From NCBI RefSeq assembly GCF_036321535.1, contig NC_087437.1:43278001-43342000 (forward strand): DNA of 64,000 nucleotides, in the 5' to 3' direction. Both the position numbers and the translations under genes were made by a program. This stretch comes from Camelus dromedarius. Its lineage: Eukaryota. Positions 41,321-55,400 of the stretch are shown one piece after another. Positions within the stretch are counted from its first letter, which is position 1. Each line of letters begins with the position of its first letter. The notes under the pieces were generated by a model. It had not been told where the DNA came from and did no database searches. It worked only from the letters and a program-made list of their open reading frames with translations.

Positions 41321-44034
41321 GGGTGGCTGAATTTCGCGAATAGATTGAATTATAAACAGTCACATCAACTGTTTCTTGTATGTGTCAACCAGGTGCGTTT
41401 TTACTCTTTGCCTTTATACTGAATACATGTCATTTGACAAACTGATATTATCTTAAAAACTTACATTACTTAATGGAGACAGACTATATTTAAGCTTCAT
41501 GTTTTCTGCAGATTTTTCTTGTGCATTTTGAAATGTCATAATTTTAAATATTAAAATAAATCAATTCAGTAGCGTGTTAGGAACTTAGGGTAAACAGTAA
41601 TAATGATAAAACCTCTTTTGAGTTTTACTTAAAATTAATGTGATAATCATTTTACCTGTTAGTTACCAAGATGTATATACTTCTGATAGTGACATACCTT
41701 GTTTTATGTAATTGATACATTACCTCCCAAATATTCTTACTTATTACATGTAAAAGTACTATATCCTTAATGTATTTGTAAATGTTAATTTTAAACACTG
41801 TAAGAAACCTGAAAAACAAAGTAGAGAAACTTTTATCATTCAAATATCCAAGTTCTCACTTTATCACTTTTATACTGGAGAAGTTTATGTTAGGTTTTTT
41901 TAAAAGCAAAATGCACCTTTAATATAGGGGGAAAACTCTGGTCCTAATTCAAATATCCATTTTTCTTTGCAAAGTACATCAGTATAGCTTTTAAAAATGA
42001 TAACTACTTGGGAACTCATTTTAATTAAAGGAATCAAATTATATTTGCTACCTAAATTAGATGTCCTAAAACCACTCTGCAATTTCAATCTATAAAAAGG
42101 GGAACAGTGCAAGAATGCCAACTGAAAGCTTTTTTTTTTCCACTTTGCCCAGGAAGATCATTTCCTATGAATCATATATTAAAATAATAAAAATTATAAA
42201 GAAAGAAGAATAGGTTAAGTGAGTATGAATTTGTTCTAACTTTCTGTGTATATATAATGCTCACTTATATCATAACCAGCACTAACTTCTCTTCTTATCT
42301 ACGAGATAATGAATAGCTCCTGTAACTCTTTTTAAATCAATATTTACATTTATTCTTTCATTATCACGATAACAATCAAAGGAGAAAGTTGCATGGTAAA
42401 TTCAAAATAAAAAATATGGAAGTACAGTGGGTGGATTACCATTAAAAGTGATATTCGTTAGGGAAAACATTATGGAGGAATTGATACCTGAACTGGAGCT
42501 CAAAGGGTGTATAGCCCTGAGGGATGCATGGAGAAAGGTGTCATTACTACTTTGCCAAGGTGAGATTTAGCAAGATTGTTACCTCCTGAGCTATATCTAG
42601 TGTCTGGAAGAGTCAAACAAAAAGCTCAGATCTTTGCCAGGCTTTTTTTTTTTTTTACCATGTTACAAGATCAAAAATCAGAACAGAAGAGACTAAATGT
42701 TTTGTTCAAAATCATGAATAATTATTTTTGGTAGAGCAAAGTGTATCAGTTCTGGTCTTTTATAGATATCAATGCACTATATCATATTTTTCACTATTGG
42801 AAGGAATAAAAAGGAAATATGACATAGTCTATTGTTTTAGATGCTTTACCAAACAATATTTGCTGAAATATGGATTAATGCTCTTAAGATCCTTGCATTA
42901 ACACTGGATGATGGTGTACATAAGAGTGGTGATATTAAAAAATTATATTTTAAAATTTAGTATTATTTGTGTACCACATCACTGACTAAAGTTGACTCTT
43001 TTGAAGGATAATTACAACACAATTAATTTGAAAACATTTCTCTACTCAGTTTCTTTCTTCTGGATGTTTGCATGTTGTCATTCAAATGTATATGTCTAAA
43101 TAAAATAAAATGGGAAGTTAAAATATTCATGAAAATATTTTAAGATTTTAGAAATAATGGAACTCTAAACATTGTCTAGTAAATAACCATTTTGGTAAGT
43201 TAACTAGAAGCCAACTAATAGCAAAATACTCTTGATTTTTAAAATTGAGCTGTACTTGGCAAAGAAGTTCTATGCTCTAAGCCCTGCATATTTGAAACAT
43301 TAATTTTAGATGCCTCTATGGCAACATAATGTATTCTTGCAGTCTTCCAAGATGTGCCACATTTTGTAATCTTAGATTATAAGAGTCACAAACCAAGAGG
43401 CATGTCATCAATAAAGTAAAGAATGACCATGACTGTTGAAAGAAAGTTGCCAATACGAACACTTGAAACAAACTTCTATTATTCAATATATATGGTTTGA
43501 ATGTCAAACAATACTATTTCTCTTTTTAACATGAAATTCTAAATATTTCTAAATATTGCCAATCACCCTCAACAGAGGTAAGGAAACATTCCAATTCAAC
43601 TCTATAAATATGTCAGATTTATGATTATGGTGGTCAGACTGAAGGTTGGGGACCATACACTACCATGTATCACTATCATCCTTTAAAAAAAAAACCCCTT
43701 ATTTTCACATTTCCTCATCATATTAGTTACTTGGCAATGAAATAATAGTGCTGTTCAGAGACTTCTCCCCCTGAATCTTCATTACCAGGTCTTATTTTCT
43801 CAGTAAGAGCAAAAAAGCAAAGATGCTATTTCCATTGTGTATCTTAGCTGCGCCCAGTATAAGGATACCGAGTCATTCTTCTTGGGGTACTTTCGTCAAG
43901 TGTGCAGCCTCTCATTTTAGTGTGTATAGAAGACAAACAAACCAACAGCTGAGTTCTGAATGTTACAGAGACTTCACCTCTAGGGAGTGTAGTTGAAACG
44001 TGTTCCGGCTGTTGGCATGGTGGGATTAACTAAT

Positions 44035-44260
44035 CCAAACAGTAGTAGCATTTTTATAGCGCTTTTATATACATTATCTACTTGCTCAGGTTATCTCATT
44101 TCATCCTTAAAACAACTGTGTTCTGGAAGTGTTATTCCTATTTTCCAACTGAGCATAATTGAATTTTAAAGAGTGTTTTAAAACTTTGTCAGTCACGTAG
44201 TTGAAGTGGTAACCCAAGGCAGATCTCTCTCAGGTGAAAACTGTCTGACGCCAGATCATG
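44035..44260 (-). mobile_element. MIR SINE
   Basis: gcatttttatagcgcttt...ttatctcatttcatccttaaaacaactgtg...ttattcctattttcca. Confidence 0.65.
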
Positions 44261-44827
44261 AAAACAGCCTTTAGTAACTACTGCCAGAGTCTGAAAAAAA
44301 GAAAGAAAGAAAGTAGCAATATATTTCTGTTACCAAAAACTTCTCTTATAGCCAGAAGAGATTGTCCAGCAAAAGCAGCAGCGATGTTATAGATATTATA
44401 AGTGTGACAATTTTGTCCAAATTAGATTCAAAACCAGTGCTGCAAAAACAGAGAGGTGGATGATCCTTCCCAGGGTCTATGTGCGTAAATTCATATGCGT
44501 GGAGACCGTTCCACAAGGTATCTGAAGAAAATATCATTGTTTTGTGCACGGAGGTCCAGGGAGGAGTAGTAGACTAGAGTGTGAAGCAAATGGCTAGAGA
44601 TCCACAACAGCACTGGAAAGGCAGAAGTTAACATTCAATTTCATAGCAGGTTCGGCGAGACTTGGTATAAAATGAACTTCAGAGCTCACGTTCAGAGACG
44701 AGTACAAATTGCAGGGAATGGTGTCACCATTGTTCCACACAAAACCCAACATTGCTCTGGTTCTTAGGATACTGGGAACTTGGGAACCTGGAAAAGATTC
44801 TTTTGGCATTTTCTTGGAGCATTAGTT

Positions 44828-44867
44828 AAACAAACAAACAAACAAACAAACAAACAAACAAACAAAC
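44828..44867. repeat. (AAAC)10 microsatellite
   Basis: Direct read. Confidence 0.95.
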
Positions 44868-47319
44868 AAAAAAAACTGAAGAGACAAGATCCCTCATGTG
44901 GCTAACGTACTTAAGACTTACTCTTGAGCACAAGAGGAATTTCATGTAAGAATGACTGGCAAACATTCTCAGAACATGTAAGAATAAAAGAATGAAAGCC
45001 TTTGAATTGGTTAGCTCTGTGTGGAAGTGCCTTACATCAAGCAGATGGAAGATGGGAGTCATGGTAATTTGTGTTGATCCAAATTTTACTGTTGATCCAA
45101 CTTGAACCCACTGACTGCTGATGCCTGGCATGTTGGGACTCCCACGCTGTTTGTGATCAAAATCCTAAAAGACTAGACTACTTGATGTCTCTTGTATGCT
45201 CTCAACATCCCCAGTACCATGATTTGAAACACACAAGCTTCTCAACCTAAAACTCCCTCCCATGTCAGTCTTGGAGATTTTTATCGCTTATTTTTCAAAA
45301 CCCAAGTTGACTTCCAATTTTCTTAACTAACCTGTCTGATTTTCTTCCTCTCTCACCTCCCAATTCTACAAAGTGAACACAAAATGAATACTTTTAGAAT
45401 TTGCAATATTGAATAAGCTTTGGTATTTGACAAGTGAAAAGAAAAATCATGAAAACCATGTTACCACCTTGAAAGGGGAAGAGGGATAAAACACTTAAGG
45501 ACTGCAGTCTCTGAAATAGATTCCATTTAATGGGCTGTATGGGGCATCTTCAGGATATTACTGTTTTATTTTACTATCCAAGAACTCCAGGATTCGCTTA
45601 TTCCCTATTCTAGGCACATTTCACAAATTTAAGTTAATAATGACCAAGAGCTAATAATAGAAAGAATATTTTTAAAAAGAATCATTTAAATCCAGCATTG
45701 CCCTAGTTACAAAAACATTTCTCTTTGTAAAAAGAAAAAATATATACATATAAAATCTATTTTTTATATATATATATATGTATGTATGTATATATCTTAC
45801 TGTTTCAGTGACCTCATTTTGTAGTTCCCTCTTTGTTACCATCTTCAATTGCACCATAAGCCTGGAAAGAGATTTCCAGCCTTTTCTCTTCCATTTTGAA
45901 TTCTCAGAGGACAACATTGTGCTGGATTTAAAAGATGCATGAGTGAAGAGAAATGAGCTCTGTCAGACTTCTCTGCCTTGGACTGAGTCATATATTTTCT
46001 CTATATCCATCCACCAGACAAAACAGAAGGATAGAATGATTTGTCATTTCCTGTTCTGGGATGTTTAAATTCAGACACCTTTTTCAAAATCTGGGAAAAC
46101 AGTTACCTTCTGTTTTAAAGTTATAATCTAGTAATCAAGCCTATGTAGGACCTGGGTAAAATACTAAGCACTGCTATTTGGATAGGTTTCCAATTTCTTG
46201 AACTCTCTTACTCATCACAGTTGATTCAAATGGGTCATGATTTGCATCACTGGTTATCCCACTGTAAACATGCAACTTTAATATCAAAAGGAGTCGGTAC
46301 GGTTGATTCCCACGATAATTTCTAACTCGTACATTATTTGATTTCATTTCATTTGGGATGATAGTTTTAAAGTAAGTGAGCCCAGATGAAATTTTTATAT
46401 GAGACTCCTTATTCATCATTAGGGCTAAATTGCATGTGTAGTTCATACAGGTAGCTCCGGATTTTTCATTACTATAGCATTCCTGTGAAATACTCATTCT
46501 AGGTCTGAAAGTGATCCTCAAATCATTTATTCATGTCTTCACAACCATAGAAACCACACTAGTAATGTCAGTGGTTAATTGAAATCATGGATCATGTCTT
46601 AGTTTGAAAATCTCTACAGCTTTTGTCTACAATAAAACCTTACATGATTTGGATTGGAGAAAAGCATAATATAAATTAAAGATGTTTCTCTTCTTAATAA
46701 AAATATGTGTATTTAATATTATATTTCAGTGGGTTTAACTTCACTTTGTTGTTATTGCAACATTTTGCACAGCAGTGAAGCCTGAAATGCTTCAGAGAAA
46801 GAAGAAAATAAAAGGAAAGAAAGGAAATGAAATCTTCCCACTTAAAAGGATTCGGTATTTTATCCAGTTTGACAGTAAAATGTAATGTATTTTGAGCATT
46901 TTCCTAATAACTAACACTATGAAAACAATAACATGCTTTCAAAGAGCTTACAACATAATTATACTTTAAAAGCACACACACACACAAAACACTATCTCAC
47001 AGTGTGTATTCCAGAAACTTTGCATTTGGGCCTCTTTTATTCTTTTCTGCCTCTCAGGCATATACAACTGTGACCTAGCAAAGTTATTTTAGTTTGTTTC
47101 TCTATTTTTTTTGTACCAGTAGCAGGCCACACCCTGTATATTCAGAGAGAACCCATGCAGGTGGGAGTCTTGGAAAATATTTTTAAGGGCTGTTATTTTA
47201 CTCCTTGGGAAATAATACTGTCATGTGATATGGACGAGGGACATGGCAGGAAAAGGGGTGTTTATAGATCTTTCAAAGAGTCAGATTTTGGTATTATTGC
47301 CCCTCACTGGTTTTCTTTT

Positions 47320-47720
47320 TTGTTTTCCTTATCATTAGTTTTATATTATGTTTTTTTTCCTTTTTTTGTTTGGAGTTTACTTTGCTATATTTAAAAATTT
47401 TAGTAGAATCTTTATTAATTTTAGTGTTACTTTTAATTTAGCATTAGTAAATATTTCATTTATTATTTGACATTAACTTTTAGATGTATCTCATTTTTTT
47501 TTTAAATTGGTAATATTTGACTGTTGTTCAGTTCTAGATATTTAGAAGTTTCCATTGTGATATCTTCTTTGACCAGGCATTATTTAGATACATTTTTTTT
47601 TTAAATTTCTAAATTTTTGAGAATTGTTGGCTACTTTTAAATTTCCAATTGTATTGATTTTTCTTATTGCAGTTTGTAGGCTATCACTTATTTTCTATTT
47701 GTTCGAATTTTCTTTTGTTT
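47320..47720 (-). mobile_element. Old L1 ORF2 fragment
   Basis: ttgttcagttctagatattt...ttccattgtgatatcttctttgacc...ttatttaga. Confidence 0.55.
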
Positions 47721-48538
47721 TAAAAAAATCCGTTTCATTCTAGAGATTCAAAAACACTTCCTAGAATAATAAATCAAGGTATAGATATAAATATTATAGC
47801 AGGAGGGAAAATGAGTATCGTCAGTAGATAAAGTACATTTAAAAGAGTAAAAGAACTACCCTTGTGAGCAATGTGGTCAGGCTGATCCATTAAAGATTCC
47901 AAAAGGCAGGGACATTTGCCCCACCTCTCTGTTCTCTTACAAAGAGAAATGCTCTCTAAAGAGATGAAATGTAAATGATTTTAATTCTTCATAAGATTGT
48001 TCTTAAGGAAGAGTCTTCCACGATGTCTGTCTGCCTGCCCTGCTCTGTATCGAAACCTGTTGGCATGACCTGAATGTACATGTACTTCATTGTGAACAGG
48101 GACAGGCCTGTGGGACAGAGGATTACAAGACTGTCAGAGAAATCCCTGTCAGTTGCCTATACTAGTTAACACAACACAGATGGACAGCCGAAGAGTATTA
48201 GAGGCCTTCTCTGAGTGGGTGAAGTTTTTACAATATAGGTTTATATATCCTTCTCTATAGTTCACTGTACATGATCAGTACTCTTAATGCCATTAATCTG
48301 TTTTTAGGTCTCTTAATTAGCCTATTGTAAAGTCAGAGAAGACTTCATTATATCTCAAAATTTTAAAGTACATGTTTTAAACCTTGAAAACATAAAAATA
48401 ATAAAGTAGCATATATTGGATGGTGCAAAGGGTATGAGTTTGAAGGAACAGTGAATATTTCCTCTTATCTTTTGTACTGTAGAGTCAATAGATGATGTAT
48501 AATTTTGGAAAATCAAAAGAAATAAATAAAGGTCTCTA

Positions 48539-48712
48539 GGAGAGGGGGTATAGCTCAGTGGCAGGGTGTGTGCTTAGCATGCAAGAGGTCCTGAGTTCAA
48601 TCCCCAGCACCTCCATTAAAATAAATAAGTGAATAAATAAACCTAATTACCCTCCCCCAAACATTAAAAAAACCAAAAATTAATTAATTCATTCATTTAA
48701 AAAGATTTTTAA
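48539..48712 (+). mobile_element. tRNA-Ala(AGC)-derived SINE (camelid vic-1-like) with a full tRNA head
   Basis: The 72-nt head 48544-48615 resembles tRNA-Ala(AGC), followed by the (AATA)n-acctaattac-C-rich-A-rich tail shared with the 11301 copy. Degenerate TSD aaaggtctcta / aaagttctcta. Confidence 0.9.
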
Positions 48713-49149
48713 AAATGAAAGTTCTCTAAATCTTAAAATCCTCATGCCAACTAGTAGAAATTTTAAAAAATAGTGATAAAACAAAAGAAATAACCGAATC
48801 TAGAGTTGGGAGAGGGAGAGCAAGAGCAGGATAGTGTTTTGTCTCCAAAATTTCTTTTTTCATTCCATTAAGTTACTAGGTATTGTTATGAGTTGATGAT
48901 TCCAGTAATCGGTATGTGTTTATACAGATGGGCATATACGACTATAGTAATTATAATACTTAACAAATAATAAGGATAAAAATGATTGCCAACAGAACAA
49001 TTAAAAATCAAACCTTGGATAGTGTAGATGAAGAACTGAAGTGTACGTGTATGTTTATATGTCTCTGTGTGTGTCTCTGAACTTTTAATTTTATACCCCT
49101 GTATGTGGTTGAAGATATTTAATCTTGAGTATGACATTACATTCATTTA

Positions 49150-49480
49150 ATATCTTATATTTAGGCAAAGAACACTGTTCAGATAATTAAGTAGCTACAT
49201 CTGTACATACTGATATGGAAAGAAGACCACAATATATTTATAAGTAAAATAAAAACATAATACATGTAATTGTGTGTATCACATAGTCTGATTATTCAAA
49301 AATGATAAAGGTACATATATGTTTCTATTAATCAATGCACAGAAAATATCTGGAAAGAAACTCACCCAACTAGTAACAGCGACTATTCGAGCAGTGCTTG
49401 TTTTGTACTCTGTTGTATTATTTAAATAAATGTTTCACTAGAACAATGCATTGATTATACCATAAAATTTTAAAAGTAAA
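49150..49480 (+). mobile_element. L1ME-type 3' fragment
   Basis: gtacatactgatatggaaaga...aatatctggaaagaaactcacc. Confidence 0.55.
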
Positions 49481-52139
49481 AGTGATTCTAGATACTTAGT
49501 TGGCAGGCTGCCTAACTTAGCCTAAGTTATTCTGCACCTCCAACGTTCAGGCTTTCAGCTCTGTGGGTACAGGAATTCTCTGTGCCTTGCTCACTGCTCT
49601 AACTCCAGGAGCCAGACCAGGTTAGTCTCCAAACCGATAATAGAAATTCTTTAAACATTTCTGGAATGAAGAAGTGTAATTAGAGTGCTTAATATAATAT
49701 ATGACATACAGTAGGTATGTAATAGATGAAAGCTTTTGCTTTGTTAAATAGCCTATATGAACTAGTAAAAATTAGTAACTTTAATTAAAATTAAAAATTA
49801 TTCAGATAGCAATGTGAGTGATAGCTGATGGAAAATTTTACTTTTTTAAAATTTTCTTATCTATAGTTTTAAAAGGATCTATTTGTACACACATTTCATT
49901 TTTTAAAATAAAAAGTTATTAAGAAGTTAACTCCAGACTGTTTTGGCTCAAGATTAAAATCAGAACATTCTCATTTGTGCCTTTATATTTTTGTCAATGG
50001 CATATACCTGCCTTTCTTTGTGGTTTATGTTTAATCTAGATTTCTCTAAAATGGATAATACATTTGCTAAATCTTCTTCATTATCATCCCTTTATATCAG
50101 CAAACCAACAGCAGAAATCTTTGCTTACTAATAGGCTTCAGAATTCCGATAAGCAGAGTGATGCTTCTTTCTTGTAAGTCCTATCTACAATAAAATCCTA
50201 TTGAATACAAGATTATGTAATGGCATTTACTTCCTCAATTTTTTATTGTGAATAGGCTAGAACTTGTGTCAATGAAGTCATTCTGAATATCTTTAATAGA
50301 CAATAAGCCTCAGTCATGATTAGTGAGAGGAAAGGAGGGAATTGCACATGGGCTAATTTGATGGTTATGGCTTCCAATGAGTTTCCATTTCCCTTCAGGC
50401 TTTGGACTAAAGCTGAAAGCAAAAGTAAAATTCTAGATGCTGGAGGTACTTTGCTGCTCTGATTTAGCTTTATGCAAATCAGTTGTGTTGCTGGCAGGAC
50501 TGGCCCTCCACAGAATGATGGTAATTATAACACAGTAACCTAGAAGATGAGGTCTGGAAGTCTGCAGGCAGAGGAGAACTTGGTCAGTTGTCATGGAGTC
50601 TTTGTCTTCTATAAATAAAGGGAAATTGATCAGTCTGTTGCAACAGACGTAGTTAATTTTCCCTTCAAACCCAAAGTACAACCTGACATAGCTGCTTCTG
50701 GTATTTGGATAATGGTGGTGAGAGGAAAATTGGCAGAGTAATGATCTGTCTCAAATGGAAAAATTATGATCAGAAAGGAAAATTTTAAACATTTTGCTTT
50801 GGTATAAATAAAGTTGTCAATCCGATAACAGACTGTTGGATGGCTTGTTTAAATGCAAGAGTTTAGTATAGTACTCGTGAAATACAGTTATTACACTCCT
50901 TAGTTTCACAAGCATAATATGACAGGAAAAATAACCTCTTGTCTCCATTTTAGAAATGAGATATAAGTAACATATTATAAATTTGTCCTAGTTCATGGAT
51001 GTGACAGCTAATAGATGTGCATATTGGCAATTTGCTTAGTCTTTTATCATTTACTGTCACTTTTTTAATTAGAATGTGATCTTCCAGTGTCTTTAATCTA
51101 TTTACATCATGGATGACAAATTTATTTCCCTTAAGCAAAATCTTTATTTATTATAAGGCAATTTTACCCAAACTGTTACATAAACAAGGAAGCCATAATA
51201 AGAATTGTTTAACTTTCTAATTTTCAGACTACTTGGCATCTGAAAAAAAAAGAAAAATATTTTATTTTTAGTAAAACTATGTGTGATATTTGCACATTTG
51301 CTTTCTCTAAGACACTCATATGTTTTGTCTACCTTAAATATGTAGTTATTTTGCCATTAATTTTGTAACCATGCCATGAAAAATTTGAGTAGACTAAGTC
51401 ATTGTTTATGTACACAACTGAAACTTAAGTGTAAGGTATAGGTAAATACTTCCAGTCAAAAGTCACCTCTATGGTTTTAACTTTGGCACATCCATCTCTT
51501 TCACCTCTAAAGGGACTGTTAAAGTAAATAGTTCTACAGGTAAAAGGGGATTATTTGCAGAGGAACTGTGGGAACTTGGGTTGTGGTGGATGGAGAGGGG
51601 AAAAATAGAAGAAAAGAGTCTGAACTGTCTTTTGAGGGGAAAAACCATATGGTTTTGACTGGACCTGTAATGCCTATTCACCAGGTTCTATTGGGAGTAT
51701 AGCAGAAAGTGCGTATAGATGATGTTTAACTAATGAAACTTTGTTTAAGCTACTCTAGATTGGATTGTCAATTTATGGTGTCACTAGCGGGTACTAGTTT
51801 AAGAGTGAGATTGTAGGATCAGTATGATACTTGTCAGAAGTAAATGCTACTCTACATTGAGTGACATCTTTAGCTTTATTTTAGAGATGGTAGGAAGTAA
51901 ATACAACCTCAGTTGAACTGATTCTTCACTTTTATCCTTTGTATAAAAGAATCTTTATCCATTTAAAAAAAATCTCAGTTTTGAAACTCACTCTCAGCCC
52001 TTTCATTTCCTAAGGTCTTAACGTCATGATGTATTAGATGATCAAGTACATACTGTTGTTTCAGTGTCTTTAGGAAAGTTGCTTCCTTACCTCCAACATG
52101 CTCCAACCTCAATGAATGTGCTTAGTTCTCACGCATACA

Positions 52140-52375
52140 TCATTATAGCCAACATTTTTTGGACATATAATGTGCTGGGAACCATTCTAAGTGCTTTACA
52201 TACACTAGGTTTATTCCTGAGCACATCCCTCTAAGAGAGGTACTGTTAGATTTGCAGGCTTACAAAGGACAGCCCGAGGCAGAGAGAAATGGAGAAACGT
52301 GATCAAGGAAAGCCTGCTGGGACGTGGAGGTTCTGAAGCTGAAATTCAGGTAGCTTGACTCCAGACACTTTGCCC
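52140..52375 (-). mobile_element. MIR SINE
   Basis: atagccaacattttt...aaccattctaagtgctttacata...ccgaggcagagaga...tgactccaga. Confidence 0.75.
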
Positions 52376-55232
52376 TACATCTGAAACATGGGGCTTTGAT
52401 ATTTTGAAATACAGATGCCTCTTGGAAGGGTGACCCTCAATGTGGTATTAGACATTATGTATGCTTCAAAATGAATGACAGGGTGTAAATTTGAAACTGG
52501 AAGAGAGATGGCTCTCTGGGGAGGAAATATGACAAAGAACTGAGATGCTAGAATCTTAGAAATGCAAGACCCTTCTTTCACAATTTTGATTAGAAAAATG
52601 AGTGAGAGCTGTCCATGCCGTCAGCCGTGTGTCCTGGAGTCCGAGCAGCGAGGGGCGGGAGGCTCCCTCTTCAGGTGCCTTGTACAGCGGCAGGAGGTCC
52701 GCACAGTTGAGAAAACCCCTCTAAAGCAACGAGGCCCCTGTGAATACATCTGCTTCTTTCCCTTGGGCCTGCCATCTGTTCTTTCATTAGGGTAATTTTG
52801 TAGCTTAGGAAGACCTGGTTGCAAGAATATTTCTGTGGAATGCTCTGCAAGCAGATAATAAGACAGCTCAATACTTTGAGAGTTTCTGATGGTGGGCAGC
52901 AGGCATTTGAAAACAGTAATGACAGTAATTAGATAGATAGTAATTTTTTTACATTATATAATTGATAGGAGCTATTGTTTGTTTCTCTGTATATGAATAA
53001 GTGAATGAATGAATGAATAGATAGAGAGGGAGGTTAATGATGGGTATATTTTGAGAAAATGGGCATATGTTTGGTATCATTTATTATGAGTAAAACTATT
53101 TTAGAAATTGAATCTTTGATAGTTGACTTACATGGAGTTTATTTTATATTCTCAACTAAGTTTTAGTCAATATCAAATCTGAAACCTCAGCAGCATCCAA
53201 TTGATTTGTTGGTTTTAGACAAAAAGGAATCTCATGGAAGATGTTGTGCCTGTGTTAACACGTAGCCACTGAAGAGACCACTTTTTCAATAAAGCCATGT
53301 TTTCTGATTTAAGAGTATTTGTTTGGATGGCAGTGGAGATTTATATAGCAGTGGTGTTTCTTACACAGCACATGTTTTGGCATAGTTATCCTTCTGTACT
53401 TAGATATAATAGGGTTTAAATTATTCCAGAAAGATGTGCAATATTTCTAATGTCTTTATGGGGACACAGGGGTAAAAATGGAGAAGAGTTAAAATTTAGA
53501 AAATTACATCCTTCAGAATTGTAAGTTTTGAATGTTTATGGCTGTTTTAGGCACAGTGCTATCTTCCAATAATACAGTCTGTCTGTGCTGCTAGGAAGAT
53601 CTGAACAGCACATTAAGGATCATTTTGTGATCAATTAAGCACTCTTAAAACTGACTTATATAGAAACTGTCAAATAAAATTTAAAATACAATCCTCTCCT
53701 TACCAAAATCCACAGAAATGATATCATATTACAGCACAGCAAGCAGTCAATTGTGTCTCCGAAATTTAGTTTCAACCTAGCGAAAAATGTATTTGTTGTA
53801 CTGAACCAGAATGTAGAGGCAATTTTGGCCAATAGCTTGAGTTCATACGTCTAATAAAGAGGATGTCTTAGATAAGAAGAAATGTGTATTTTTCTGTATT
53901 TGCTAATGTAAATTTTTTTGCACAAGGTCACTGACAGTACCAATCTGTGTCCCTTAGGGAATGGTTTAGACTTTGTCTATCTTTGACAGGTAAACTGATT
54001 TTTATGGTAATTTACTTTCTGAATAATTATTTTTCAAATATTACAAATCTACTTTCTAAAAGTTAAGCAAAGTCTACTAGTTTTTAAATAAACAGACAAT
54101 CTAGGTATATTCTCTTACCTCATGGCTTCTTAGTAAACAAAAATATTAGTTAATATGAATTATCAGGCAACCACTGATAATGAACATTGTGAAAAACAGT
54201 ATTTTACCATTGCCAGGTGATGGTGGTTGGGAGGATACTTTAATTACTCTTCCAGTTTTAATAATGTAGGCAGATTTGACTCCTAGAAAAAAATCACCTG
54301 CAGAGGTAGGGTAATGGAGATACGTGATAGTTTGAAAAGTTTCAACTTCAGTTACCGAGAATACTTTTATGTATATATATTTTTTTCAAGGTGAGGTGGG
54401 CCACTGATTCATCTGTTTCAACTGAAAATTGGGCTTGCTTTAGTGATTCCAACCGTAGCCCTGGAGAATGTTCTCATGTGGCTTACTGCCATTTTAATAA
54501 AAAGTAACTCACTGTCCAAAGCCTTCATCCCTGCACGGACAAGAATCCAGATCTTCTACGTATCTTAGAATTTTAATGTGGATTGTAAAACTGTAACTTT
54601 CTATTATTTTCCAATTACAGTAAAATAAATTCTATCCAAGTCATATCTACAGCTTTCTCTTCACATCAGTGATTGGTAAATGGTTAGTAAAAGTGCCACA
54701 ATTGGAGAATCCTGAACTTTTTTCCAGCAGTTACAGAATCCTGCGGGTCCAGTCACTGAGTGGAGAGAGAAGTAGGTGGGTGAGTATGGGGAAAGCGGAT
54801 GTGAGCACGTAAGGAGCCTGGGTAACCAAGAAGTAAAGGGAAGGTACTGAAGGCAGTAATATTTTAAATGTTTTATCTGCATTTGTTCAGTCAAAATTGT
54901 GTCTATATTGATATCATTCAGAGGTTGAAAAATACCATGTTTTTGCTACCCAGAGATTCTGGTATGGATGGCCTCATACAGAATTTACTTGGATTGTTGT
55001 TTTTAAACAATCAGAATACAGTAAATCACAAACTAAAGTTATACTGACCACTATTCACTTGTTAGTGAATAAAAAGGCACTTGGACCTCTTGTGTCCCTC
55101 CTGCCCCTCCTAGTTGTGGTTTTCACATCTTTGAGTGAGAGTAAAATGGCTCCAGTTATGGCAAAAAGAACGATGCAGCCAAAATCAGGCAGAGTCTGAC
55201 TGCTTAGAAGTTTTACATCAAGAAAGTCTAGA

Positions 55233-55400
55233 GCAGTGACTCTCAAGTTCCACCAGGCATATCAAACTTTGGTGAAAGTGTGAACTTACCAGGGCCCTAT
55301 TGCCAAGGAAACTGATTCGGTAGTTCTGGTGGGACATAACACTTGGATCTCACAAGCACCTCAGGTCTTCCATTGACCATATTCCACATCTTACACTACC
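55233..55400. mobile_element. MER5-like hAT-Charlie MITE
   Basis: gtctagag target followed by cagtgactctcaag; ctgattcggtagttctgg; acaagcacctcaggt. Confidence 0.55.

Noticed and set aside
46174..46521. 115-aa minus-strand ORF
   Set aside because: Non-ATG start, no homology I can recognise and no exon context.
48544..48615. Bona fide tRNA-Ala gene
   Set aside because: Three stem mismatches, a SINE tail shared with the 11301 copy, flanking TSD and no adjacent terminator.
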